A DNA stretch of 64,000 nt from Phoronis australis (lineage: Eukaryota; Animalia; Phoronida): assembly GCA_002633005.1 (NCBI GenBank), contig NMRA01000016.1, forward strand, positions 462,300 to 526,299, written 5' to 3'. Position 1 is the first letter of the stretch, and each line of letters opens with the position of its first letter. Below are positions 53,101 through 64,000 of this stretch, in pieces. The notes below the pieces were generated by a model. The model ran no database searches, was not told the origin of the DNA, and saw only the letters and a list, made by a program, of their open reading frames with translations. The position numbers were made by a program, and so were the translations under genes.

Positions 53101-56100
53101 TTAAGGAAATACCGCAGCACACGGCAAAAGTAACCAAGCCAAAAATTACCCAGAATTCCCCTTCAAGACCACTGAGTGCAGGTCGAGTACAAGTGGAATT
53201 CAATGTCGGAGCAACAAGCTGGACTGACAAGTTCATACCAAAAATCTAGTTTTAAGAACCCACAATCTAACGCTTACTGGAGAAGACAGTGCGGCTTAGT
53301 GGTTTGAGCTCCGGACTCCCGTTTGGGAGACCTGGGTTCGAATGATGGCTTTACTGAGTGACAATCGAGCACTGCATGAAGGAGTCTCCTACTCCTGTAT
53401 GCAAGGGAATGAATGAGAACCTAGATATAATGCGAAAGCGATTTCCGGGGCTGGGCTCATATTTAAAAAAAAATAATGCTTACTGATAGTGATATCAATT
53501 CAGACCATTGCTTTAAGCTTGGTGTCAACCCGTAAACCACTGCCACAGCCTAACATTTGTAAAGAAAATTATATTCCTTAACTACGATCAAGTTATTCAC
53601 ATTGAGTAATTAACCGAGAATACAGCACTGTGGGATCCTCTTTGAGACCTTGGCTGAACACTGCGAATGACGACATCGCATAGCTCCCACTGTGCTCAAC
53701 TTTAAACCAGTCGACAACATCGCCATTATCAGTCGTGACAAAAAGTGCAATTTGTCCCATTGTCTCTGACATTTACTGTACATTTAAAAAAGTTGTAAAA
53801 ACTTGTCGCTGAACTCACACTGCATGGTCTATGCTGCTGGTTGCGATCATCTCCACCACCCAGTAGATTTAGACTGGCTCCATGTGGACGCAGGGCTGTG
53901 GTGCGCATGCTGACCATGGTGCCCTCAAACGAGCGTAACTGAAGAGACAGAAATAGTCTTGGAATTCACTTTCAGTAACTAGTGGCAACAAGAGAATGAC
54001 AGTTTTTAACGCATGTAGGTTCAACAAAACCAGTGTTACAGTTGACAGGCAAAATAACCAGTGTGCCATGGTGACACAAGTTTATAGTCCAGCAAGAGTT
54101 ACCAGTTTGCAGACATTCAATGATATACATAAATGTTCTACCACTGAAAAAGTACTGGTAAACTTACATCAACCATTGCAAGGTTGACAAACTGTCTCAC
54201 TAACTGGACACACATCCTCCAACAACAGTGTTATCCCACAAAAGCAATTTCGTCACAAGTTGTATTTCTTATCTCAGGTACCACCACTAAATTCTCACAA
54301 ACACATTTCTTTCTTCACAATCCATAGTTATAATCATTCTTTAATAAGTCATATATGCATGCGCGCACCCAGGGGGGGATCTTGGGGGTGCGACCCCCCA
54401 TTTGGCGAAGTGGGCAAAAAGGTCAGCATCAGAGAAACAAAAAGTCCGAGAAAAAAGTCCACTAAAAGGAACGAATGCACAATTCATAGCTCTGAACGTA
54501 GTACCCTGTTTTTTTAGTCCCCCGTTTTTTCTTAGTAAAAGGTTCACACTGTCAAAAATTCGAGCCCCCCCCCCCTATATTTTAGGCTGGGTGCATGCAT
54601 GATATATGTTTATTGGTGTGTGGCAGGTGTTTGGCACACAGTGTAACAAATCTATCTTCATACTATACAACTGGAGGGGTGCCAATGCAATTCATAAAAA
54701 ATGTGTTTGTAAGAATAGAATTGTGGTACATCAGGACAGAACCACAGCTCGTGAGATAAGAATCAAATTCATGATAAGAGAATGTTGTAAATGAGAATGT
54801 GCCTGTGGTGCACGAGGGAGGAAAATTGATTGCCACAATCAAAGTTAAACACAAGATATTTCGAAAAAGCACAACACAGTTTTATATTGCACTGTGGTTC
54901 CTAACAAAATGAAACAATTGACAATGAATGCTTTGAACTTTTACAACATCACAATGTGAGACGGTAACCAGGAAGTCTTACTGTCGGTACAGGAGGATTG
55001 CCAGGGGACACCACAGTGTCTGGCTTGTACTCTGCTGGACCATTGTTGACATTAGGCATCTGTTGATTGCGTGCGGAACTGGTCACCTGAAGAGGGCGTC
55101 GACCAACAATTACAGGGAAATACGGCCCCATGGCGGCCTTCTGCTCTGCACCTACAAACAGAAAGAGAGAGAGCTGGGTGAGTTTCACCAATGTAAACCA
55201 TGAGATAGACATTAAAAAATGATAAAAAATGAGAGTATCTAATATGTAAACAAGTTCGAAACTGAAAAAAAATGCCGTGTAGAGAGATACCACTACCTGG
55301 CACTATTTTTAATAAGAACTCTGTCACAAACATGCAGTAATTGAAGAAATAAACATTGTCGTCTCAAGGCAAGATGCACAAACAATTTTGCACATTTTCA
55401 TAAAGAATTACGATGGAAATGAGCTCACACAAAATTCTTGAACAATTTCACACTTGACACAGCTACCACCAGGTGTCTCTGTGGTCAAGCCTACCTTCCA
55501 ACAGGTCCTGAATGTTCCTACAGTGCTGATGACACTCCTTGGCATACTCCCATATCTTCCTTGTTTCCATAGACAATTGCTCCACCCCACTGTCATGCTG
55601 TAAGGTCACTGATGTACCATCAGCCTCAATGATGCGTGTTGATTGGCTGGTGAAGCTGACCTTTGACCCATCCCAGAAGGCCACCTCACAGTCTGCACTG
55701 GGTGAGTTCTCCATCAGCATACACTTGGCTTTGTGGGTGTACATCGTGACTTTGGGAGTCTTGGAGCGGACGAGGTTAACAAAGCGCGCTGCATACTGAT
55801 ACTTCTTCCAATACTTCTGGGGCAGGCTGGAGTACGTGTAGGCATGTTTGACCTCACTGGGAGGGGAGCAAGGTCGCTCAGCTGTGGGGTCATTCCTACC
55901 AGGCTTGGGCTGGTAAACACGTATCTATAGAGGAAGTCACACTAGTCAGACAACTGACAATAAGTAACACATCATAGACACCCTACTAAGTCATTTACTA
56001 ACTCATTTGATGTATCTAATATTGTTACAAGGCGCGAAATTCACAAGTGCTTTTGCATAAAGCACTACGCGTGAAATTTCATCTGAGCACAAGGACATTT

Positions 56101-59100
56101 CTCTTACTAGATGGTTTGGTTCTGATAAATAGCCTCCTCTTTAAATGCCTTTCATTTCTAGACTGAAGTTTTCGCTGTGAATGTTACCTAAGGTGTGGTG
56201 GAAATTTATGATAATGCACCCACCACAGACAAAACACGTTTGTCTTATGGAAAACAGGTCCATAAAGTGCATGGATGTATTTTGGGCCTCATGAATGCTT
56301 CTAAGTCTGGAGGTAAACTGTTGCTATTAATCGATGAACACAATGCTAATGTACAAAATTTGTTTTCATTTCAAGCAATGTTTTTGATTATTAAAAAAAA
56401 TCCCTCCTTGCAAGCCGTTCAAGTAATGGATACATCTTAAAGAACCATTGTGTTGTTGAGTACCCTGGTGACAATCGGCGCATTCGATGCAGGGGAGGGT
56501 GCAGGATTTTGAGTTGGGGGGGGNGCCAAATGGAAGGAGCATGGCCCCCTTTAAATCCGCCACTGGGATGGTGAGCACAGAAGAAACGTCCATTAAAACT
56601 TTTAGAACAAAACAGTATGTTGAACAACAAATACCACCCAACCTTGTCTCCATCATGTGATATCCGACAGATCTCCACCACTCGCTCTAAGCCATCCTTA
56701 GACTTCAGAAACTCCACACAGGTGTCGCCACTCTCCAGTATATTAAGCTGTCGAAATGTCATACAACTCATTCATAAATTAGGTTAGGAAAAATGCACCA
56801 CAAATTAACATTCTCCACACTTTGTCACGATGATGGCAAAACGTGAATTGCTTGATATATTCCACGAAAACAGTTGTAGAAAACAGGCAAGCTTGAATCT
56901 AAATGTAAACAGACAAAATTAAGAATGAGAATGGTGGACATTATGAGTCAGTTTGAAGGAGAACACACTGTCATTAACAGCTTATTATTTAAAATGACTT
57001 ATTCTTATTAAAATGACCTGGGCAAGAAATTGAATTTCGTGGCTCAAAAGTTATCCCCCTATATTAATATAGGTGCCCCGGTCGAAGGGGTCTGAAAGGT
57101 GGGGCCCCTATATCAATACAGGAGGCCCCCTCAAATTCAATTTCTTGCCCATGTCACTTCAATAAGAATAAGTCATTTTAAATAATTAGCCGTTCATTAC
57201 AGTCTCAGCTGTTTTTAGTGTATACAACAGAAATCGCTCAATGAAAATTGCTCATGTCTGTATCACATATTTCCGTGTTGGTGCATTGAACAATGAAACA
57301 GTAACTTTACCACAGCGTTTTTTGTCTTCTGCCTAATTGGTCGAAGCCTTTTAGTACTGAAGCGTGCCACAACCTTGTCAATACCACCGGATTGTGAGGC
57401 CTGATATTTGTCCACTCTACCATCACAACATGGTTGTTGGCCAGAGAGCTGTGCCTTATAGTTTGAATGGCGAGAGTCCATTTCCGTCTCAAGGACAGAG
57501 TCCAGAGGTGGATAGGAGGGCTTCTGGTTGCTGCGGTAACGATGGCTACCAACGCTTGACATGGTTGCCATGGTATCGCGCCCACTGTCAATAGACGCCT
57601 CAGAAATGTGCTGTAATATTAAATGGTGGTTTTTAAAGAACTGTTAACAATCCACAAACACTTAAAATCATAAAGCTGACATCAATCTGCTTTTCGTCGA
57701 AAAATGATGATTCTTGATTTAGAAAACTTAGAATTACAAAATTGGTCTCAACTTAGTCCTTACTTAGATACGAGGAAATTCCTGGGTTTGGAAAGATCTG
57801 ACACTTTGTCATTGCTTGTAACCACACTCTATACATTGTCTTGTCCTGGTGTCATTTTATGTGCTGAACAAGATGTCATGCAGTACTGAACAGCCAGTTA
57901 TTTCAAATCCAAGAAACCATAGCTCATCTGAGTAAGAACAAGCGAAGTGATGTGTATAATACTCGGCATAATGGAATGCCGTAAGAAATGACCACGATCC
58001 TCAGAACACTTACCACATAGAGGAAATTATACTAATTGAATAAAAATCTTACCGCTCTTCACAAAACTCTAACCACGCACTACAAGAACTCTTACCACGC
58101 ACAGGGAACTCTTGCCACAGAGAGGCACACATACAACACACCACTGAGTTCTAGCACTGAAAGTTGTGTGTTGTAGAAATTCTAGCTGGACACGACAGAG
58201 TTATATGGAGAGGGATCTGTTTGCTTGGTAAGAGTTTAGCTCTGTGGTAAGATGTCTGTGTCCCGTGGAAGGGTTCGATTACCACCTCTTGGATGTATGG
58301 CTGAGCCTGAGACATGCGTGTGGCTCATAGGGAGACAGAAAATCTAATCCTTACTCGCTTGAATTTCTTCTTTTGTCTATACTCCAGCATGGATGTCTTG
58401 GTCATGAATGGATGACTGAGCACCTCTGGTAACCGCAGTCGATCAGCTGGTGACTTCTGCAGCAGTGACTGGATGAGGTCTTTCGCCTCCGCCGACAAAT
58501 GTTCGGGTATGTCGTACTTGGCTCGGATCACCTTACTAAGGGTGCTCTTGACTGCCTCGGTATCGAATGGTGGGTGCCCAACAAGGAACGTATAAAGCAT
58601 GCATCCCAGACTCCAGACGTCAGCCTCCAAGCCATGAGCGTTCCTCATGGCCACCTCCCTGGGGGACACATAGAGCAGGCTCTATGATAAGTGTTTGTGC
58701 CAATACATTCAATTTATTAAGAAGAAAATGTAAAGCGAAACAAACAAACGCTGTTTTCATAATCAAGGTCATCTTCAGATGAGAATGTAAGCTGATGGAT
58801 AATTAGAATAATTATTCACATCACCACCAACCTGGATAAAGTTCAAAATATGAGATAAAATTGACTATTTGAAAGTTTTAGGATTTTCTGTAAATAAACC
58901 GTGTTCATCCTGGTTTAAATCCAGGTCTGTCTGAGTAAACGAACACCCTCCATTTCAAGTTGAATTTCTGCTTCAAAACTTAATTGAATGGGTGTGGGTA
59001 AAATAATTAGCACAAATTTTTGTAGCATATACTCACAAAGATATCTAGCAACAATCACAGCCAGAATGAAAACAGGTCAAAGGTCAATTCACATTAACTA

Positions 59101-62100
59101 CAGAACCAGCATAGGTTGTAAATGCATACTAATACTTTCTCCTGTTTTTAAACAAAAACTACGTGATTGATTTCAGATAATTTTTACAAGATGAGTTAGA
59201 ATTATTCATCCAGAATCCAGACTGCCCATACAACTTACGGTGAAATGTAGTTGGGAGTGCCACACATTGTGAAGTGTTTCTCATCTGGAACGGACAGCTG
59301 AGTAGCCAGACCAAAATCAGCTATTTTCTACAACGAAGAGCAGAGTTTTATAATTGGTGGTACGACACAAACGGACTGAATGTGCACAAAGCACAATGAT
59401 AACAAATAGTGATTCAGAATGAGTAGGTAGTGCGGAGGTTTAGTGTTCACTCAAAGTGTGAAAGTTTGGAACACGCCAATGGTTTAACGCCACTTGACGC
59501 AAGCATTACCAGTCTAGAGTACACGCCAAAAGTGGTTGGACAAATTCCATTTCATTCTGACATGACAGGTCACCCACCCATTACACCAAAAATGGATGAT
59601 GACTCATTATTTCGGCAAAATTCTAACTGTGGAGTAACAATTTTACAGTTTTCGCCTTTGGCATATTACCTGTCATCCATGATTATGACCCACGACTATT
59701 ACAATAAACTTTGCTTTCTTTCAGCTCTGATTGTTCCTTTATTTTAGCATGTGCTGTAGGATAGTGAACGTCATTTGACTGATGAACAGTGGATATAAAA
59801 TTACATAGGCAGATTACATGGCAAGTCTTCAGCAAACTCCTCAGGGAGTTGAAATGGATGAAGCATGAACAGTTCTGCAGTCTGAGAAATATTGTGAAAA
59901 GCTTTATTACTTTAAATACCATAATTTTTATCAATTATGGAGTGGGTACTTAAACATCCGGAGACCGTGCTCTATGCCCAGTTTCTAGCGACAAAAGCAA
60001 GAGCTTGCAAAATCACGCCCCACAAAAAGGTGTTTCACAAGTACGCTTGGGTGTTTATTAACCTATGCTAGCAAAATGGCCGCCACTGTAGCGATCGGTC
60101 AGTGGGGTTGGAATATTGAACTATGAGACTGTTTTCGTTCCATAAGCAAAGATTTTTTGTCGAAAGTGCAAGTTAGTGTTTTGGGGTTCATAGAATTAGC
60201 CCAGATTTTGTCTACAGTAATTCTTGCACCTTATCAATACCATAATGTCACTACTTCTACTGTTGCTGAGGAACAGAAACTAACATACTCCTAAAAGACA
60301 CAACATGCGTTAATGTTGTCTTGGTTAAATTACATACCGCAAACGTTTAATTGCATAGAATACTGTAAAGACTTACAACGTCCATGTCAGCTGTGAGCAG
60401 CAGATTGGCCAGAGTTAGGTCCCTGTGTACAATTTTGAATGAGTGAAGGTAAAGCATGCCCTCGATGATAGACTTGAGGAAGTGATGGGCTGGAAACACA
60501 GTTAGTACATGACGTTACTTGTTGCTACACAAAAGCGTAAATAAAAGTGTGTCGACACGTGATGGCCCATGACAACCAACACACAGGTGACAGAGGCACT
60601 CAAGAAGTCAAATGCAACATTTGTCTCACAAACACCACCATGCACCACATTATTCAAATAGAAGAGCACCACACAGTGAATGTCATTTTTCTCATTGAAG
60701 AGATGAGTCTGAGTAGAAATTCCCTTATCCGTGAACTTAATACGGTTGTTACCACTTATAGCGGCAATAAGTCCGCAATGCATTCACTCGACAAACTTTT
60801 AATTAGCCATTTACCGCTACGAGATCGTTATTCCATGGAAACATGGTCGGCGCATATAATGACACGTTGTGTCCATAGGGGAATTTTCATAATGGTGCTC
60901 TCTAATGTAATGAGAGCAAGAAAGTGACTTCAGATTGATCAGGACTCAGATTTGGTGGACAGAAATTCATTTACTACATAACGGTACATAAAGATGAAAG
61001 CAAAGGAATAAATCCCCGTCACCACCTCTCATTGTTTGATAAGTTAAAGTTCGCTAAGTTATTTTAGCTTTATTGACACCTGCTGGGATCAAAATTCTCC
61101 CGCTTTATTAGCGGCGACCACCGGCTTTGTCGCAAACACAACTTCGCAGTGGGACATGTATGGAACAGAACGTCCTTGCTCATCAATTGATATTTCAAAA
61201 GGTTAATTGCCTTTTTGTGTAAGGCATTGGTACACCCTTCCTCACAGCAGTGGAAATTTGCCGGCATTATAATAGCAAAGAAGGTGTTAAAATGCTGTTT
61301 ATACCAGTAGGTTGAAAACTCCCGTGCGCATTACATGGGATCTGTAGGTGGCACCGAACGCCTGTCCACCAAAGACCTGATCACCATCTGAATTTCAGTA
61401 TGGCGTGGCCATTTCGAAAGTCAGCTATTAAGCTAATTTGTAAAGCCTGGCCTCCAGCAAGAACGACCTGTCTGGACTTTGAAAGCCTTGAAATCACCTC
61501 CAACTAGTCTAAGGAACAGTGTATGACCAACGCAATGGCGAGTGGTCTTAATCAAGGTTGTTTCGTATGATAGGAGGATTTGTCACTGCTTTAAACCTGT
61601 TCTAAAAACAAACCCAAGGTCTGAGAACCACTAGTTTTACTACATTTGCAGTGAATGGTGAAATGTTGAACTCAGTGATCTGGCAGCTTCAAACCTATAA
61701 ACAGAAATGTCACCTTCATTTTCGCTCAGTGCTCGGCAGGTGGTCTTAAGGTATCGATTCAGCTCCCCTCGTTCACAATACTCCAAGACCAAGTAGACGT
61801 AGTTTGCATCTTCAAAAAAGTTGTATAGCTGTAAAAAAGATTGTATGGTTTAAACAATCGTATAATGCAAATCGTACATGATTTTAATAGTTTGGGACAG
61901 AATAGACCTCAACTGCAGTGCATGGTTAACATTTACACCTCAGTACTAAACATGAGAATGTACCATCTAATAGCAAACATGGGCAAAATTTCTAAGCAAA
62001 AAGCAAAGCACTTCGATGCCTTAATTTTGGCACCAACACCGACCCCATCCTCCTGTGAAAAATAGTTTAAAATGGTGGAAGTTGCAAAATTCCTCTCTTT

Positions 62101-63159
62101 CCATGCATGACTAAAGATTCATAAGTTCATAAGCACTTTTAACTCACACAGTCTCTTGAATTGATGACAACCAAAACTGTGGGGAGGCGCGTTCCCATCA
62201 CCGTAAAACAATTCTCCACCCAAGAGGCCCAGGCACCTTCCCCTTAGGCAAGCAATCACCCTATCACCCTAAGTTATTTTCTAACAATTTACAATTTATT
62301 TTTTGCTAATTTCCCTCACAATCCCTGCTTTATCTCTGATAAAATTTTATGATGTTTTAGTTAAAAAACTATTGTGCACGGAAGCAGCATGTTCCTTTGA
62401 CCAAATGCAGAACACAGACGACCATTTAACAGCATTGTGAGTACTACAGTAGAGCTCACCTCCAGGATGGCTGGATGCTTGAGACGTGAGTGGATCTTCA
62501 CTTCATCCTCTACTCTGGACACCATACCTGCCTGCTGCATCAATTTCTTGTCAATCTGAAAGGTCAAGAGGTCAAGTTAAGCGTACGTAGTTCATTGATG
62601 AAACCTAATGTAAATGATAAAAAAACAGTTCATTTGACCAAGTGCAGGAATGACGCAACTGCCAAATTTCTACACACAACAGATAACTATAAAAGACAGT
62701 GACAAAACAAATTACTGAGGCATTAACACATGTATATAAGATGCCTTAGCAGTCATTTGCTATATTCACACATGTAGAGTGGCATATTAGTGATACCACC
62801 AGACAATTTCTCGAGCACGTCAGTCATGACCAAATGCCTTGCCTTTCAAAGTAAATATTATCAAAATCTTAAAATTTTTTAATGAAAAATGATCAAATTT
62901 AGAGGCTCTTAAGTGAAAGTATACATTTATCAAGTCCTACCCAACCAATTTTTGTTTTCATCAACAATAAAAAGGCTATGCGCAGTTGAAGAAAGTGTGT
63001 GGTACAAACGTTGTTGCAAGTGAAGTAATGCAATGTAGAGAAACATGGTGCAACAGTACAGACCATTTTGATCGCCACTTCCTGCCCTGTGCCGATACAT
63101 TTTGCTCTGTACACGCAAGCGAATCCTCCGCGACCCAGGAGGTTCAAAACCTGGTAACC
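50131..63159 (-). CDS. PLK4: Serine/threonine-protein kinase PLK4 (SAK); spliced, start codon not identified
   Basis: Minus-strand exons 63159-63064, 62555-62460, 61828-61714, 60489-60377, 59327-59239, 58658-58355, 57610-57311, 56747-56643, 55924-55495, 55151-54982, 53938-53819, 52736-52158, 50813-50707, 50236-50131. Kinase motifs [54 protein letters not shown]; degron DSGRDT; cryptic polo box [13 protein letters not shown]...[27 protein letters not shown]...FPVIVGRRP; polo box 3 [25 protein letters not shown]. Confidence 0.97.
51041..51268. repeat. Long foldback (arms ~110 bp, loop ~10 nt) in a PLK4 intron
   Basis: GACTAGACTTTTTGTTAGCGAGCTT...GTTCGTAATTTCGGAACAGTCTC..TTCTTCTGGTGTGCAGGTA is mirrored exactly or nearly so on the other side of about 51155. 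Confidence 0.9.
51649..51812 (+). mobile_element. tRNA-derived SINE-like element, copy 1
   Basis: A-box-like CAGTGGCTTGAGC, B-box GGGTTCAAATCC; body and tail (GTCTCCTACTCCT..TGTATGCAAGGGAATGAATGAGA) shared with 53288-53418. Confidence 0.7.
53288..53418 (+). mobile_element. tRNA-derived SINE-like element, copy 2
   Basis: TAGTGGTTTGAGCTCCGGACTCCCGTT..GGGTTCGAAT; same body as 51649-51812. Confidence 0.7.
54358..54601. mobile_element. MITE family R2, copy 2
   Basis: TIR CATGCGCGCACCCAG / CTGGGTGCATGCATG, flanked by the direct repeat ATATATG on both sides. Confidence 0.8.
56490..56565. mobile_element. MITE family R1, minimal copy (ends only)
   Basis: CAGGGG...CAGGATTTTGAGTT...GCATGGCCCCCTTTAAATCCGCCACTG; contains the single N of the window (56524). 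Confidence 0.65.
56967..57203. mobile_element. Foldback/MITE with ~70 bp TIRs in a PLK4 intron
   Basis: ATTATTTTAAAATGACTTATTCTTATT..TGGGCAAGAAATTGAATTT mirrored by AAATTCAATTTCTTGCCCA..AATAAGAATAAGTCATTTTAAAATAAT, with an inner IR TATTAATATAGG / CCTATATCAATA. Confidence 0.85.
60700..61267 (-). pseudogene. Decayed THAP zinc-finger gene remnant (probably from a DNA transposon) in a PLK4 intron
   Basis: [14 protein letters not shown]...LFHTCP...[17 protein letters not shown] (61267-61070), then I*SHF (about 60935-60921) and APTMFPWN (60853-60830) in other frames: the ordered THAP signature CxxxC, FHxFP, W, CxxHF, AVPTIF, with stops and frameshifts. Confidence 0.62.
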
Positions 63160-64000
63160 CTGCAAGCAACAAATCGTTAAACAACTGTCATCGCACGTTT
63201 CAAAATTTAGTGTGTGAGTACCAGAAGCCAGTCTCACACGAAAGAAATTTCTGATTTTCAACACACTGTAAAATGTGTCGTCCCCAGCATTTTTGTACTA
63301 GTATTCTTCTTACCTCCCATTTACCATTTTTTACAAATAATTCAAAACATGTAACTCGCAAACATTGCATCTTAACCACTTACAGTCAAGTTACCTGAAT
63401 ATCAGACGTTTTGGCAAATTTTGCATTATACTTAATTGGAAATACTACGGGTTGTTGTAAATTCTTTACTGAAATAAAGAATTACCTTTACGGAATTGTT
63501 CTGTTACTATATCTAGTCTCCTAAAGCCATATTTAATTTCTGACTGATCTTTATAAACAGCACAACTAGTAAATCCTCAGGGATCCCAAATATCGGAGAC
63601 CATGTTTCTGAATACACCACATTGTGGAAAACTGATAAACCAAGTAATTGGTTTAGGTCACCTTGTTGCCAATTTGCAGCTTATGTTTTAATATATTTGT
63701 TGCTAGAATACAGCTCTGTTCCCAACAAAATTATCCATAAAATGTAATATGATGACAGCACTGCATTGTTTCGATGAATCAGTGCAAATGACTAACGCAT
63801 ATGCAATCTCACTGCAGTTCTTAGTGTCTCTTTGTCTTCTTGATATGGCACACGCGTGTGTAGGGCCAGGGTTTGACTTGAGTTAAAAACAAATGAAAAA
63901 ATGAAACAGTGGAGCCTGTCAGTTAATTGAGATGATTTCATTGTGGAGAAAGATTTCGATTTCAACTTTCATAACCGTTTCATGCGATCATCCGTTTTGG

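Noticed and set aside
57563-57576. X-box-like GTTGCCATGGTATC (and GTTGCCATGGACGA at 3983)
   Set aside because: Both lie in coding exons and are explained by codons (DTMAT; VAMD).
58040-58280. Short repeated CTCTTACCACGCAC units resembling a CRISPR-like array
   Set aside because: Eukaryotic intron, only 3-4 degenerate units with very short spacers and an inverted partner; subterminal repeats of a transposon-like element.

Overview
Eukaryotic, intron-rich, AT-rich genomic DNA from an invertebrate animal (a lophotrochozoan would fit, but the taxon cannot be fixed from the sequence). Four spliced protein-coding genes were reconstructed by hand from GT-AG junctions and reading-frame continuity. 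(1) A secreted protein with two von Willebrand A (VWA) domains, + strand, 798-8499, first coding exon not found and probably left of the window. (2) Its complete tandem paralogue, + strand, 16020-22375, with the same exon/phase structure and a TATA/Inr promoter candidate at about 13050-13110. (3) A cyclic-nucleotide-binding-domain protein (CNBD2-like), + strand, 28353-47637, with three long candidate alternative N-terminal exons and a second CNBD split by a ~220 aa insert. (4) Polo-like kinase 4 (PLK4/SAK), - strand, 50131 to at least 63159, start codon not identified. Introns and intergenic DNA hold many MITE-like inverted-repeat elements, tRNA-derived SINE-like copies, long foldbacks and a decayed THAP-domain remnant. 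The most notable signals are the Cys-flanked, Tyr/Asp/Glu-rich loop inserted into the basic VWA paralogue together with the charge contrast between the two paralogues, and the multi-first-exon architecture of the CNBD gene. All gene models are manual and lack transcript support.
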